A DNA stretch of 64,000 bases from assembly GCA_004022145.1 (NCBI GenBank), contig RCNU01000002.1; one strand, given 5' to 3'. The translations under genes were made by a program, and so were the position numbers. The stretch comes from Paecilomyces variotii (lineage: Eukaryota). Positions within the stretch are counted from its first letter, which is position 1; each line of letters starts with the position of its first letter. The notes under the pieces are model-generated. The model made no database searches. It was not told the origin of the DNA and saw only the letters and a program-made list of their open reading frames with translations. Positions 1 to 11,779 of the stretch are shown piece by piece.

Positions 1-1077
1 CGGATATCACGCCACAGGTAGAGCAGGAATCGAGCAGGCTGAGGAGCTGCTTGAACGAGGTTAGTCGTCTAGAGAATAGGAGGAAACGAAAGATCGAAGC
101 CGTCAAGGATAAGGCTCGGACCGATGACATCAGTAGGGTCTCCCAAGTTGTTGCATGTGCGGTTCTCAGCTACTAACTAACATGTAATTTCAGATCAAGC
201 ATTACTCAAGGAAACAGCCCGCCTCGAGCGAGAGTTCCCCATGCAGCCCATCGAAGCCAGCCAATTCGAGAATTTGTTCGAAGAGAGGCTCCATCTCTAC
301 GACTCTGATCTCGAGATGCTGGAGCAGGAGCAGAACGAGCAAGATCAGATCGCCGCTCGAGTGCGTGAGGCGAATCGGGCCTTCACCAAGGCTCGCAAAG
401 GTGACTCGTCAACCAAGGACAGAGAAAAGGCCCTCCAGGAACTGGAAAACGGCTACCTGAAGTACAAGGAGATTATATCCAACACCGAGGTTGGAAGGAA
501 GTTCTACAACGACCTAGCCAAGATCGTAGGACGATTCAGAGAGGACACCAAAGCCTTCATCCACCAGCGGAGAATGGAAGCAAGCCAGTTAGAATCGTAC
601 GTCAACCCAACTCACAACCCTTACTTACTTCCCCCCTGGAGACAATTCCAATTACTAACAACAACATGCAGCGACATCACCAACGCAGCAGCAATGGCCT
701 CTCTGAATATATCCCAACCCAGTTTCCGCCCTCAGCACCAACTCCCAACAAACCACCACCCATCACCTTACACCCAACCTCCTCCTGAACCTCAACTCCA
801 ACAAAAACCCACACCACAGCCCCAGCCACAACTACAACCCCTCCCCTCCCGACCCGTCATGACAGGAGAACCGCTAACGGCTCCCCAACCAACTCGCGCA
901 TCAGCCGTTCCTCCCCCCGTTGCAACATCGGGAATCTGGTCTCCCGAAATGGGAATCCGATTCGGCGGAGGACCGACCCCAGCATCAGCAGCTCCTTCGT
1001 CGACCCAGCCTCAAACACCGGGAAGTGCTCCGATGCAAGGGAAATGGGATCCAAGTCGTGGCGTGCGGTTTTCGTAA
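1..1077 (+). CDS. palA: pH-response regulator PalA/RIM20 (BRO1/ALIX family), 3' part only
   Basis: Spliced frame ...DDI|NQALLKETARLEREFPMQPIE...LENGYLKYKEIISNTEVGRKFYNDL..., a Pro/Gln-rich tail, GIWSPEMGIRFG and terminal GKWDPSRGVRFS. Introns 133-193 (gtaggg..cag) and 597-671 (gtacgt..cag). Truncated at the window start. Confidence 0.85.
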
Positions 1078-1211
1078 ATTACTTCTTTTTTTTTGGATTC
1101 GTTTTCGTCAGGCTCACATAATAAAAGCGGAATGTTCTTTTCGTTTTCTTATTTTTTCAGTCTTGAATAAAAACTTTGCCAGCCAGGTGAGGTCCAGGTG
1201 ATAAATCATCT

Positions 1212-1233
1212 AGAAGAAGAAGAAGAAGAAGAA
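1212..1233 (+). repeat. (GAA)n microsatellite between the convergent palA and Zn2Cys6 gene 3' ends
   Basis: agaagaagaagaagaagaagaa read directly. Confidence 0.85.
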
Positions 1234-1592
1234 CCACAAGAGTATATAAAGATACGACTATAACATTTCTTGATACCAGAACTTTTTATCATTTCATAGC
1301 CTGATTTGCATTTAGATTCTTTTCTATTCTTTCTTTCTTCTCTATATATCTTCTCGTCGTTGTACATACAGATAAGTGAGGATTACCCGAAGAGTGTATA
1401 CAATATTGGGAGTATTATATATACTATATGTCCTCTGTCATCTGATGTATGTATACGGTATATTGGGATTTATATTATGTATGTATACGGTAGTGCATGT
1501 AAAAGCGCATTCGTGGTCCCCTCCGCAGTTAGGACCTGAACGCTGCGGGTGGAGGGGTCCTAATATAGACTATGTTGCCGTTCCATCGCATC

Positions 1593-4551
1593 TCAGACGG
1601 CTTCAGTATCCTCCTCAGTATGCATTACGTTGTCATCAGATCGTCCAGAATCACCACCAGGGCTAGGAAGTATATCGTTACTTCCTTCAACGGCCCCAAG
1701 GAAGAAGTCAAGTTCACTCGGACCTCCCAGCGAGTTTTGTTCGTTCTCGGCCAATTGCTCCAGCAGGCGGAGGAAAGGGTCCTTTTCCGAAGAGCCATTC
1801 TCGCTGGCGGCGGTTGCATGAGAACCACTCGCCTGTGAGATCGCTCCGGGCGTAAGGGCCGTCATACTGGTAGAGACACCATCAGGACCATGAGCAAGTT
1901 CTCGGCGAACGGCGTCAAATGGGAACGTAGCGTATTGTGGATTCGACGGCGGCGTGGCCGCAATATGAAGTAGGGTATCAGACAACGACCCTGGGGGCGA
2001 AAGCCCGAATGCCGATGGTGTAAACAAGTTTTGGGTACTAGATAGTTCCTCGAGGACGGGGAAAGCGTTAGCGTCTGCTGTTGAGATTGACGCATGGGAG
2101 GTCTGCTGCGGATTTTGTAGGAACGATAATTGGGGATTTGTTGCGGAAGATGGAGTTGTAGGGATGAGATCCTTTGGTAGCTGCTGCATGTCGCGCTGAC
2201 CCAAGGAAGATAATGTCGAAGACCGCATTGCAGGATTCTGCCCTTGCATCTGGTAAGGAGCTTGTGACAGACGAGAAGAGGTCATCCCTATTTGGCTGAG
2301 ATACAGATTATGCACATCAAGGGAATGCAACGGCACACTAAAGCAAGTCAGTTTGTGAAAACCAAAAGGAAATGTAGGGCCAGGAAAGCATACCTCTCGC
2401 GAAACTCTGCCACCGAATCGGTTAACCTTATGTGAGAGCCTTCGACGGCAAGACCAGGGTAACGATCGAAGAAGTCTTCAAGATGGAAGACAGGCGAGAA
2501 GCGCATGGGGCTAGTAGCCAATGTCCGCACCAGTTCAGCGTGGCAGGTGTAAATATTCTGAAGCAATTCTCTTTGGTGTTGTACTCCAGCCCATATGTTT
2601 CTCAGCCACGATAGCTGTTGCATCTCTCTTGCAAGGAAGCCCGCGCTTGAAGAGAACACCTCACCCTCTTGTCCCTTGTAATGCACACCATGGACGTGTA
2701 CTGTCGCAGCGGTACAGACGCAGTACCCCACGAAAGCCGGCCATTCGATAAGAGGTGACTTTCTGCCGAGGTCAACCAGCTCAGCGATAGCATTGGAGTG
2801 CGAAAAGCACAAATTTGTGGCCCCTATCTGCCAAGACTGATGTTGACCAGTACCGCGGAGCTCCAGCAGGTCTATGGGTAAGAAGGGTCTGTATATCAAG
2901 CAATGCACCAAGTGATAGATGAGCTTGCTCAGTAGCAGCGTCGTACTTTCCGGGTGGCCGAACAGAGCGTCCACTGACGAGAACACATCTTGCGTCCCTG
3001 CAGCCCAGATATCGAGCTCTTGACGGATCTTGGAAAGATTGGATAAAGAGTGCCAAGGGAAATGGGAATCTCCCTTTACTCCTCCAGCTACTAGGTACTG
3101 ATGAGTTATACCTAGAATCCGCGTGATATCGATCAACGAAGTGGTAGCTCCCTGGGCTTTGCGGCGGGGATCAGAAAAATAATGGATATTCGGCCCGGTA
3201 TTGAACATTTCTCCCTCGGCGTGTAACCCACCCTCGGAAGCTGTCCACAAAGGCAAGCGGAGGGCAATGGAGGCGTCAGAAATTAGACATGGTCGTTTCG
3301 AGCCACATGCGGCGAATTTATCGAGAACATAACAAGTCCAGAATAGTCGTCGACGCATTTCCCGTTCAGATGGAGACAAATTGACCTTCGATGGCGCCTC
3401 TCTATGCAAATCCAAAGCGATAGCGACGGTGATACAATTGGCTACGTTCATGATTAGCTGCCATGACTACCAAGTTGTGGAGGGAGGGAGCAATCGTACA
3501 TAGAGTCATATATGCCTTCTTACCTAGCCCATGGGCAAAGAAAGAGAGAGAGAGCAATATTAACGTCTGAAGCGTCTCAACGGAAGGATCGTCAATGTCC
3601 ACCGCTCGCTTTGACTGCACTGCGTACTCTAACCCTGAGCGCAGAGATGGTTCTCCATAGCTAAGCCATCAAAGTGAGCCAACATGTCTCTTTTTCTTTT
3701 AGCGGGACTATATCTGCGAACCTTATGGTTATAGCATGGATTGCCATTGACAAAGGAGGCGGCAGTTGCCCGAGTTTGTGCTTTTGCCGCGTGTCCGCTT
3801 CATCTAGGATATAGTACGGTTTGCCATGAATACGCGAGAAAAAGGTATCTAGCACCGTGTGTGGGAGTTGCTGGCTTTGGAAATGCGGAGGGCGTTCTTG
3901 CGTTGGTGCAAAAGACGCACCGTAGCCACCATCCATACTGGTACGGTGCGGAGACAGATTGGTCTCTATTCGAGATGTCGACAACGACTGTTGAACCTCT
4001 GTGAACGCAAACCCCGTCGCCCCAGGATTGACAGTGCTCTGGTTATCATGAGGACTGTGTTCATCTGCGGTTGCCTTAACCGGTGAAACTGGAGATGCTG
4101 GCGTTCTTTCCTCTTGGAGGCGCTTTTCCAGGCCATCCACTCGTTTCAAAAGAGCCTCTAGGACATCCGTCTTAGGGCCTCGCTTTTTAGGAGTTGCATC
4201 TTGCCATCAGTTAGTCACCTGTTGATCTATCGAAGTTGCAATTACGGTTTCTCGTGAAATGCTTGAGAACACGAGAAGGGAGAGCTACCGTATATACAAG
4301 GGCATTGAAACACCTTGCAGGCTTCGCAGCTTGGCCGCAACCGATTACATTTGATCTGTGGATGCGGTGGACCTGGTCAGAAACTGATGAAGGCATCCGG
4401 GACGGAGCATCGCAACCAAATGCACCCGACATGCAACAATCATGCGACAGACCTTTCTTTTCCGACAGGACTTGCAATTCATCGCCTCGCGCGGTTCGGA
4501 CGTCACCCGTCGCGGAGCCAGACGGTCGATGCTGACCTGCGGACGCGACAT
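1593..4551 (-). CDS. gaaR: Zn(II)2Cys6 transcription factor with fungal-specific TF domain; likely D-galacturonate-responsive activator GaaR
   Basis: Spliced cluster [44 protein letters not shown], and a middle domain [22 protein letters not shown]. Introns 4356-4452, 4200-4288, 3661-3721, 3442-3499 and 2338-2393, all GT-AG and frame-restoring. The name rests on adjacency to an AROM-like repressor and the nearby GARE motif. Confidence 0.75.
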
Positions 4552-5627
4552 ACTACTTCACGCTCGAGGGTAGCAATCACATTGGCACTTATAAGGGTAG
4601 AAATGGCCCGGGGGCAAGCCAGAGAGGTAGCACGGTCGTCCTCGACGGCGAAGAAGTAGTGCATCTCACGAATACGGGCTCTGAGGAGGGCAATGGCTCG
4701 CATATATGTCGAGCAGAGACACAACGCATACGACCGGCCAAGAGGCGGAGATGGAGCACATGTTCGTGGCGTTGTGCGGCCTGGGCATCCTGTGCAGGAC
4801 GCTTGATCCTTTTCTACTGCTCTGAGCAGACAATAGCTTGGAAGTCAGGGAAAACTTCGGCGCTCAGAAAGACCAACGGCGACAGGGATGGTCTTAAACT
4901 GACCAGTCCACGAGCGACACTGGAGAGACGGCGCCATCTCCCAGCCGGAGGACCTGCCGAGTCGGGGAGATCAGAATGCGGGGGAAATCGAGAATCGAGA
5001 ATTAAACAACCTTAGCAGCTTCGGCGCTGATGGCTCCGATGGACTAAGGAGAATGAAGTGCGGAGAAAAGCATGGCTAGAGAACCTCATGGGGGAACGGA
5101 TCATACCCGACATAACCGACTCATATCCCTCAGTTGATGAAACCGTGCCAACATGGGCCAGTTCGAATCAATAATATGAAGCGAGAGTGCTGTAGTGCAG
5201 TTAGCCATTTGCAGAATCCCACCGGTCCATCTCAAGGCTTGAGCGTAACTTTACGGTTAAATTAAAAGCATCTAGTTATCCGGTCGTAGGCTAAATCAGC
5301 CAACCGAAGCCATTCCCATCGCCATGACGATGCATGTCACGTAGTGAAAGCTTGTTCTTGCGATTAGATCTCACGAAGGAAATGGGCAAATGGGACCTTG
5401 ACGCGGTCAGCGCTGTCGTTCAGCTTAACAATAATATAGTGGTCAGTACAACACTGTTCTCCGGGCCCCTACCCTAACGAAATCTTTCTGAAGCTGATTG
5501 GTATAGACACTAATTCTAGCAGATTGGAAATTGAATCTAATGCGGAGACGGACGTGTCGCAGAACTCTGAACTAGATAGAGCACCCCAATGCCAACAGTG
5601 GGATAATATCTCTAATAGATGGAAACG

Positions 5628-7673
5628 CTAGTATAACCCGCGGCCGGATGCCATTCGCACAAAGTCAAATGGCACATTTTGACCAACCAATAATCGCAAT
5701 GTTTCCACCGTCGTCCAGGCATTGACATCGTCAATGCCGTATGCGGTCCAACCCGCGCTGGCAGCTACAGCTATCGGGTCCCCTTTTCGTGGGCCACTGG
5801 TGAGATCCAGATATACCTTACCCTTAGTGGAGAGTGGCGATGAGCGGCCATTGGAACTGTAATGCCGCAGCAACGGCTGCACGAGGAGCGACTTCTCCGG
5901 CGGCAGTGCAGAAACGATGACGAACGGTTGCCCTACAAGTTTGACTGACTGGATTGAGGTGAATGGCTCTGAGCCTTGAGCTAAGGGCCCAGTGGCTTTG
6001 AATCCAACAGTATACACTGTGCCGATGCCGAGGCTGCGTAGAGCAAAAATCGCAGCAGATGCGTCGGTCTGGGAAGAAGATATCACAATCGCAGCACGGC
6101 CCCGATAAGCGGATGGTACATAGTCTCGTGTCAGAGTCGCGCGTATGCCTTTCCATGCTGCATTCTCTCCGACGAACTTGTGCTGCCCGTCTACGTCGTT
6201 CACAGTAATCGTATCGATCAGACCGATCGCGTGTGCCGCATCACTCGTCGCAGGAATAAATGAAGCCGTACTCGGGAGTGGTGGGCTGACATATGCGCCG
6301 CCAAAATTCGGTTGCATGATTACCGCCTCAATCGACTCCTTAGGTCCTCGGTCGATCGACTTGAAGCTATGCGGGAGACTAAGTTCATTGAAGCACTTTT
6401 CCATGAACATGGTTTGAGGGGTTGCGCGAAACGAGCCTATGGCGTACATGTCACGCTTGGGCAACTGGCCCATGATGTGGAGGGCCTCATTGATCTCAGC
6501 AGCAGTGAGCTGGCCAGGAGCTGCTATCATGGGCAGTAGAGGATGCGTGATTGGAGAGAAAACGGTGTTGAGCGCACGAGAGAGTTGACCCATCTGTCCC
6601 ATGTTAACAGCGGAAAGCAGTGGATATGAGCAACTGGCTTTGATCGTAGACCGGAAACATTCGAGCTCATAATTTTCCTCAATCGTGTTCACCATGGCAA
6701 TCATCTTCACGATATCCGCATATTTGGCACCTTCCTTGAACAGCCGCTGCGCCTCCGCGGAGGTCCATTTCCAGGTACCGGAAAAGTCGTGGAAGGCAGA
6801 CATGATGATGCTATTCCCTCTCTCTTCCGCTAGACGCCGTCTGATATCTTCAGGCAGCCACAACTCGACGTCGATATATTCGATGCCCCATTGGATAGCT
6901 CGGTTCAAGTATTTGTAGAACAGACCAGGATCATCCATGGGGAATTTACCATTTTCCTTGGTACATCTTGTCGTGAAAATGATTGGGAGTTCGGTTCGCT
7001 GGCGCAGCAGCATGACCTGCTCCCCGACATATTTCAGACTGGGAATCGGACGGTAAGAGCCATCCGGTAAAGGTTCCTGCAGCAAATCAACTCTTATCTC
7101 GACAGCATCTGATCCGACTGACAGGATGTCAAGGTTAGACAAAGCTGCGCGGACATCGGGAAAGGTTGTCGAAATGAAGTTTGTTCGTTTCTTCGTGGCC
7201 AAGTCTTCATGAGGCCTCGTTTGTCCTAATATTAGAGCAAGAAATCGGGCCAAATACCGCCGGAAGAATGCACTTCTCGAGTAAAGAAACTCATAATGAC
7301 AGCACTCTGTGAGCTTCTCGTCCGGGAAGCCCCCATCATCCAGGCAGTGTGTGTTGATCAAGATCAAATTTGACTTCGGGCGTTCCCCCAGGCTGTTGGC
7401 GAGGTCAACGGATCGAATACCGACCACCACTGCATCGCTGGCTCCTGATAGATGTGACAATGAGGTTGTTGTTGTCCATGCCTTCCCCAGGACTTCTGAT
7501 ACAGCTCGAACTATGTCGTCATGTCCAGGCTCAAATACAATCACGACAGTTCCTGAGGTCTCAGGGGCAGGGGCAACTGCAGTATTCGAGGCATTGAATG
7601 AGATGCTCTTCGCCGGGGTTGCATTACCCTTTTGCACAGTTGTGGCCATTGGCCGATGGAAAACACTTTGCAT
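5628..7673 (-). CDS. gaaX: Repressor homologous to the AROM C-terminal domains (degenerate shikimate kinase, type I dehydroquinase-like, shikimate dehydrogenase-like); GaaX/QutR class
   Basis: 681-aa uninterrupted ORF with DAVEIRVDLL, PIIFTTRCTKENG, YIDVEL, MSAFHDF, ADIVKM, MGQMGQLSRALN and AAPGQL (DHQase I fold), followed by a degenerate SDH region. Adjacent to a Zn2Cys6 activator, as in known activator/repressor modules. Confidence 0.78.
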   Translation of the reverse strand: MQSVFHRPMATTVQKGNATPAKSISFNASNTAVAPAPETSGTVVIVFEPGHDDIVRAVSEVLGKAWTTTTSLSHLSGASDAVVVGIRSVDLANSLGERPKSNLILINTHCLDDGGFPDEKLTECCHYEFLYSRSAFFRRYLARFLALILGQTRPHEDLATKKRTNFISTTFPDVRAALSNLDILSVGSDAVEIRVDLLQEPLPDGSYRPIPSLKYVGEQVMLLRQRTELPIIFTTRCTKENGKFPMDDPGLFYKYLNRAIQWGIEYIDVELWLPEDIRRRLAEERGNSIIMSAFHDFSGTWKWTSAEAQRLFKEGAKYADIVKMIAMVNTIEENYELECFRSTIKASCSYPLLSAVNMGQMGQLSRALNTVFSPITHPLLPMIAAPGQLTAAEINEALHIMGQLPKRDMYAIGSFRATPQTMFMEKCFNELSLPHSFKSIDRGPKESIEAVIMQPNFGGAYVSPPLPSTASFIPATSDAAHAIGLIDTITVNDVDGQHKFVGENAAWKGIRATLTRDYVPSAYRGRAAIVISSSQTDASAAIFALRSLGIGTVYTVGFKATGPLAQGSEPFTSIQSVKLVGQPFVIVSALPPEKSLLVQPLLRHYSSNGRSSPLSTKGKVYLDLTSGPRKGDPIAVAASAGWTAYGIDDVNAWTTVETLRLLVGQNVPFDFVRMASGRGLY

Positions 7674-8386
7674 CGTTGGAAGCCGTGGTTGTTAGTTTCC
7701 CATCACTGAGAAACACCACGGGTTGGATATGTTCAAGGTCTGTTTCCCGACACAGCACAAAAAGATAGGCAGTACTCAGCAAGAGCAACACCCATAGTCA
7801 TCGAGAAACAAGAGATAAAGGGAGAACAACAGACACAGTTCCGCTGCTGCCTGCAACCAGCAGCAAAAACTCACACGGACTCTCGCTGGGTATGGGGTTT
7901 AGAATATCGATAAGATGATGCTAACAACAGGACAAGACGGGGATAGACAGGATAAATGGTTAATGATATGCACACAATGGGGTATAGATGAATGTGTGGG
8001 CTGGCCACGAATCAATTGGCCGCGTAGAGAGTGCCAGACTGATAAGGCAATGGATAACCAGGATCGTAATCAGTAATACTTGAGGTGTGAGCTTGCGGGT
8101 TTAGCCCAAAGATCGCCTCGACAGTGACCGGGGGGCCATTTAGGCGGCATCTGGAGACATTAGAACCATTGAGATGGACCCGACCGGAAGATCAGCTCCT
8201 TTCCTTCCGATGATCACTGGGATAGTACGACAGCAGCAGCATAGGAACCAACTCGATCCGACGGAGGACGACTGCAAACGCGGGGAATCGAAGGCTCCTG
8301 GGGTTGTCGATGCTCAAACTGGAGATGGCGAAAGGTGGGATTTGCCCGGGAAATTCCCCGCGTGGGCGTTGACTGGATCGCATTTC

Positions 8387-8395
8387 TCCGCCAAT
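8387..8395 (+). promoter_or_regulatory. GARE (galacturonic acid responsive element) TCCNCCAAT
   Basis: Exact TCCGCCAAT about 715 bp upstream of the gaaX-like ATG. Confidence 0.6.
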
Positions 8396-9133
8396 CGCAG
8401 CCTGATTTTGTATTCTTACATTATATGAGAATCCGAACCACGTCTGTAGAATAGATGGAAGTATTTGTTAGTTCTTAATTCCATGTTTAAGATTCTCTTC
8501 AACTGAGACCTTTCGTTGGAATCCATTGTCGCTGCGCTTCGCCCGTTACGCTTCTTTCACCAACTGGGAAGACTTTCCAGACACAGGTCGATAATAAGCA
8601 CTGCCCAATAATTGGTAGAAGCAGTGTGTGGTCTGATAGAATAATATCGGTATGACCCTCCCCAATAATTCAAATACAAACACGTATATCGTGGATTACA
8701 CACGCGGTCTACTTAAATATGAGTAAATATATTGATCAATCCTGTCAGACGCACCCCGGCACTTTTAGGAGATTTCGAAATTCAGTAGGTAGACTAGGAT
8801 TGTGAATGATCCAGTCCAAGGATATACGGGCTATCGGGATTTCTCCACGCAGTGTCTGTTTCCTCCCCTGAACAGTCCTGGATATCCAATTCAATCTGAC
8901 TATTTGGATTTTCCGTCCGTTGACAGCTAGAGACAGTGTACTAAGGTAGAGATTACTATTCCAGGTTTCTGCTTCTTCCAATTAGATCCATCGACTCATT
9001 TTACAGTTAGGATGAACACTGTGCATTTCATTCCCAGCTCTCTTTCAACGTAAAACCTGACGGCAGCCGTAATCCAATGAAACTGGCGTATGAACCCGAC
9101 CACGATATCAGTCCATTCGATTCATGACCCATC

Positions 9134-10345
9134 TTACTCCTCCAAAGGCGGGGTATCAGCAAATACTTGATCCCCGAGGCTAAATTATTCCTGTTAGTAA
9201 CTGAACTGCACAACTATGCATAACATGGGATTCGGAATCTTTTTCTTTCTTACCCAGGACCATATCTGTCGCCAACAACCTCTGCATTCTCAGCTGCAGC
9301 TCGGATCTCCGTACTCTCCTCCGGCGTCAGCTTGATACTGAGCGCCTTCACATTGATGTCAAGATTCTCGACACTCGTCGTGCCTGGAATGGGAATAATG
9401 TCATCTCCCTGAGCCATGAGCCACGCCAGCGTCAGAGAACTGACATGGACACCCTTCTTATCAGCGATCCCGTTGAGGATATCGAGAAGCTTAATATTCT
9501 TGTGGAAATTCTCCTTCGAGAAACGTGGCAGGGTCTTTCGGAAGTCATCCTCTGGGAAATCGTCGGGTGATCTGATTTTACCTCCGAGGAATCCACGGCA
9601 GAGAGGAGAGTATGCGACAATAGCAACGCCGAGCTCACGAGCGGTCTCAAGGAGCTTGGTACGTGGGCTTTCGATATCCAGACTGTAAGGGCTGTATTCG
9701 ACCTGGACGGCCGAGATGTGGTGTACCTTGCATCTGCAAAACCAATTTTCCCATCAGCATATAACTATGATTTTCCAACTCCCGAACTGACTATTGTCAG
9801 TAGTAGGGAAAGAAGAAGAAAGAAAAAAAAGAGTCCACTCACGCTCGACGAAGCGTTTCAGCAGAACACTCCGATAGTCCCAGATACCGAATCTTCCCTT
9901 CCTTCTTCAGCTCCGCCATAGCCTGGACCGTCTTCTCGATGGGCGTAACGCCATCCATCCGATGACAATAATAGAGATCAATGGTCTTGATTCCCATCCG
10001 TTTCAGACTCGTCTCACACGCTTCCTTAACATACGGCGGATCGTTTCTCAGAATGAAGTTCCCGTCCTTATCCTTCGTGACGGCGAACTTGGTCGCAAGG
10101 AAGATCTCGTCCCGCTTGCCGGACTGAGCGAACCATTTTCCAAGCAGGTCCTCGCTGTCGCCGTACATGTCCGAGGTATCCCAGTTGGTCAGACCGGTCG
10201 AGTGTACATAATCCAGGAACTTGAGACGTTCCTCGTCGGGTTTGGCAGGGCCGTAGAACCTGGACAGGCCCATAGCTCCCCATCCCAGGGCAACGACCTG
10301 AGGTCCATCCTTGCCCAGTTGGCGAGTTGGTAGTTTCGGAACCAT
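9134..10345 (-). CDS. Aldo-keto reductase (YakC/AKR13-like)
   Basis: LGWGAMGLS, DTSDMYG (catalytic D/Y), FLATKF, IDLYYCHRMD, GKIRYLGLSE, QVEYSP, AYSPLCRG, IPIPGT, ending FADTPPLEE*. Introns 9734-9842 and 9180-9253. Confidence 0.92.
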
Positions 10346-11779
10346 CGTGAGGAGTCAATCAGAGTTATAATGAAACGAACCACCGGTATAGTATCGTGCC
10401 GTATTTCACATTCTGGGCAGCTTCTGTCTATCCGGAGGGGTATATATATATATATGTATATATACTGCCTACTTTATCGGTGGGGCTCGAACAAGCCAGC
10501 CCCTCCAAGAGTTCGGGGATAAGTCGAGCCACCCCATTCTTGCGAAACGCGCATATCCACAGTGCTAACCGGACATTGTTAGTCCATCATCATCCACGGT
10601 CCATCAATGGATTCCTTCTCGCCTCGACGTTCTTTGGGCCCTCCGGCGTATCGCTATCTCCGCTCTCAAAGTCCGATTGTCCCAAGTGGTAGATTGCTCC
10701 AAATTAATGCTGACCAAGGCAGTTCTACCGAATAACTAATAATAATACGTCCTCTTACAACAGAAATAAAATATCAAGCAATCTAATCCAAGCTCAAGAA
10801 AATGCACCGTGGATTGGGGATATATGCCGCGCATCACAATCATACTCCTATCTAGAACTGATGGACGTGCCAAAACAAGGGGAACTGGGGTTATCGGGCG
10901 AGAAAGCGTGAAACAACTGGAAACAAGAAAATTCTCGACGGGCAGAGGCTCAATTTTGCAAGTATGCACAACAGTCGCAGAGATGACTCAAATGGACAGA
11001 CAAGAAGCTCTCGGGTATTAAACATAAACAGGAGAATTTGACGCCAAGTATTTAGCGATCGGTAACAGATTTCCAAGAAATAGCAAGGACATGAGAGCCA
11101 AGCAAGTCCAGGTACGCAAGACGGGCAAGACAAGACCCAGGTTTCCCTATGGCCGATCTCGCGTCTCAAGTGCCAGCGTCGGCTCCCAGTCGGAGACGTA
11201 TGTACTTTTTGCTCGCAGCACAACTGATTTCCACCCAGTCTCATCCTGTGCAACTGGGACGAAGGGTCCCATCTCGCATGGACCAGACCAATCAACATAC
11301 AGACAAGAAGCTAGGCGACAATTGCAAGCGCGAATCCGTTATTTTCGTATGCAGTCCAACAAGCGTGCTTTTGGAAAGCGGAAAGCCGAGACTCATGGCA
11401 ACAGACATGCGTAACAGCAAGTGGACGTAAGCCTCTTGCTGGAGAGATATGTCCGCCCAGCAGCGCCTCTACTAACATACTGTATCATTATTACCGCACC
11501 ACTGTCGGAGATCGTGCGAGAAGTCAAGAGACCATTAAACTTCATCCGAAACACCGAGGACCATAACGCTCAAGGGCCCTGCCCTGTGAAGCAAGAATCC
11601 GGAAAAAAGAAACTCGATCCCCTCGTATTCTGGTTCGACGGAAGAAGTGTTCAAGACATTAAGAGGTATTTATGCGTAGAAAAAATGCGGCTCGAAACTA
11701 TAGAGAGATCTCTATAGGCAGACACCGAGCCTCTTGTCCCAGTCATAACTCAGGAGCGCAATCCCGTGTCTAAGACGAT

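Noticed and set aside
5628-7673. Functional AROM or quinate catabolic enzyme
   Set aside because: Lacks the DHQ synthase and EPSP synthase domains, and kinase and SDH catalytic motifs are degenerate; fits a repressor.
7674-7875. 5'-UTR intron of gaaX (gtgagt donor near 7874, ctaac near 7692-7696)
   Set aside because: No AG acceptor follows the branch-like motif before the ATG, so it cannot be supported without transcript data.
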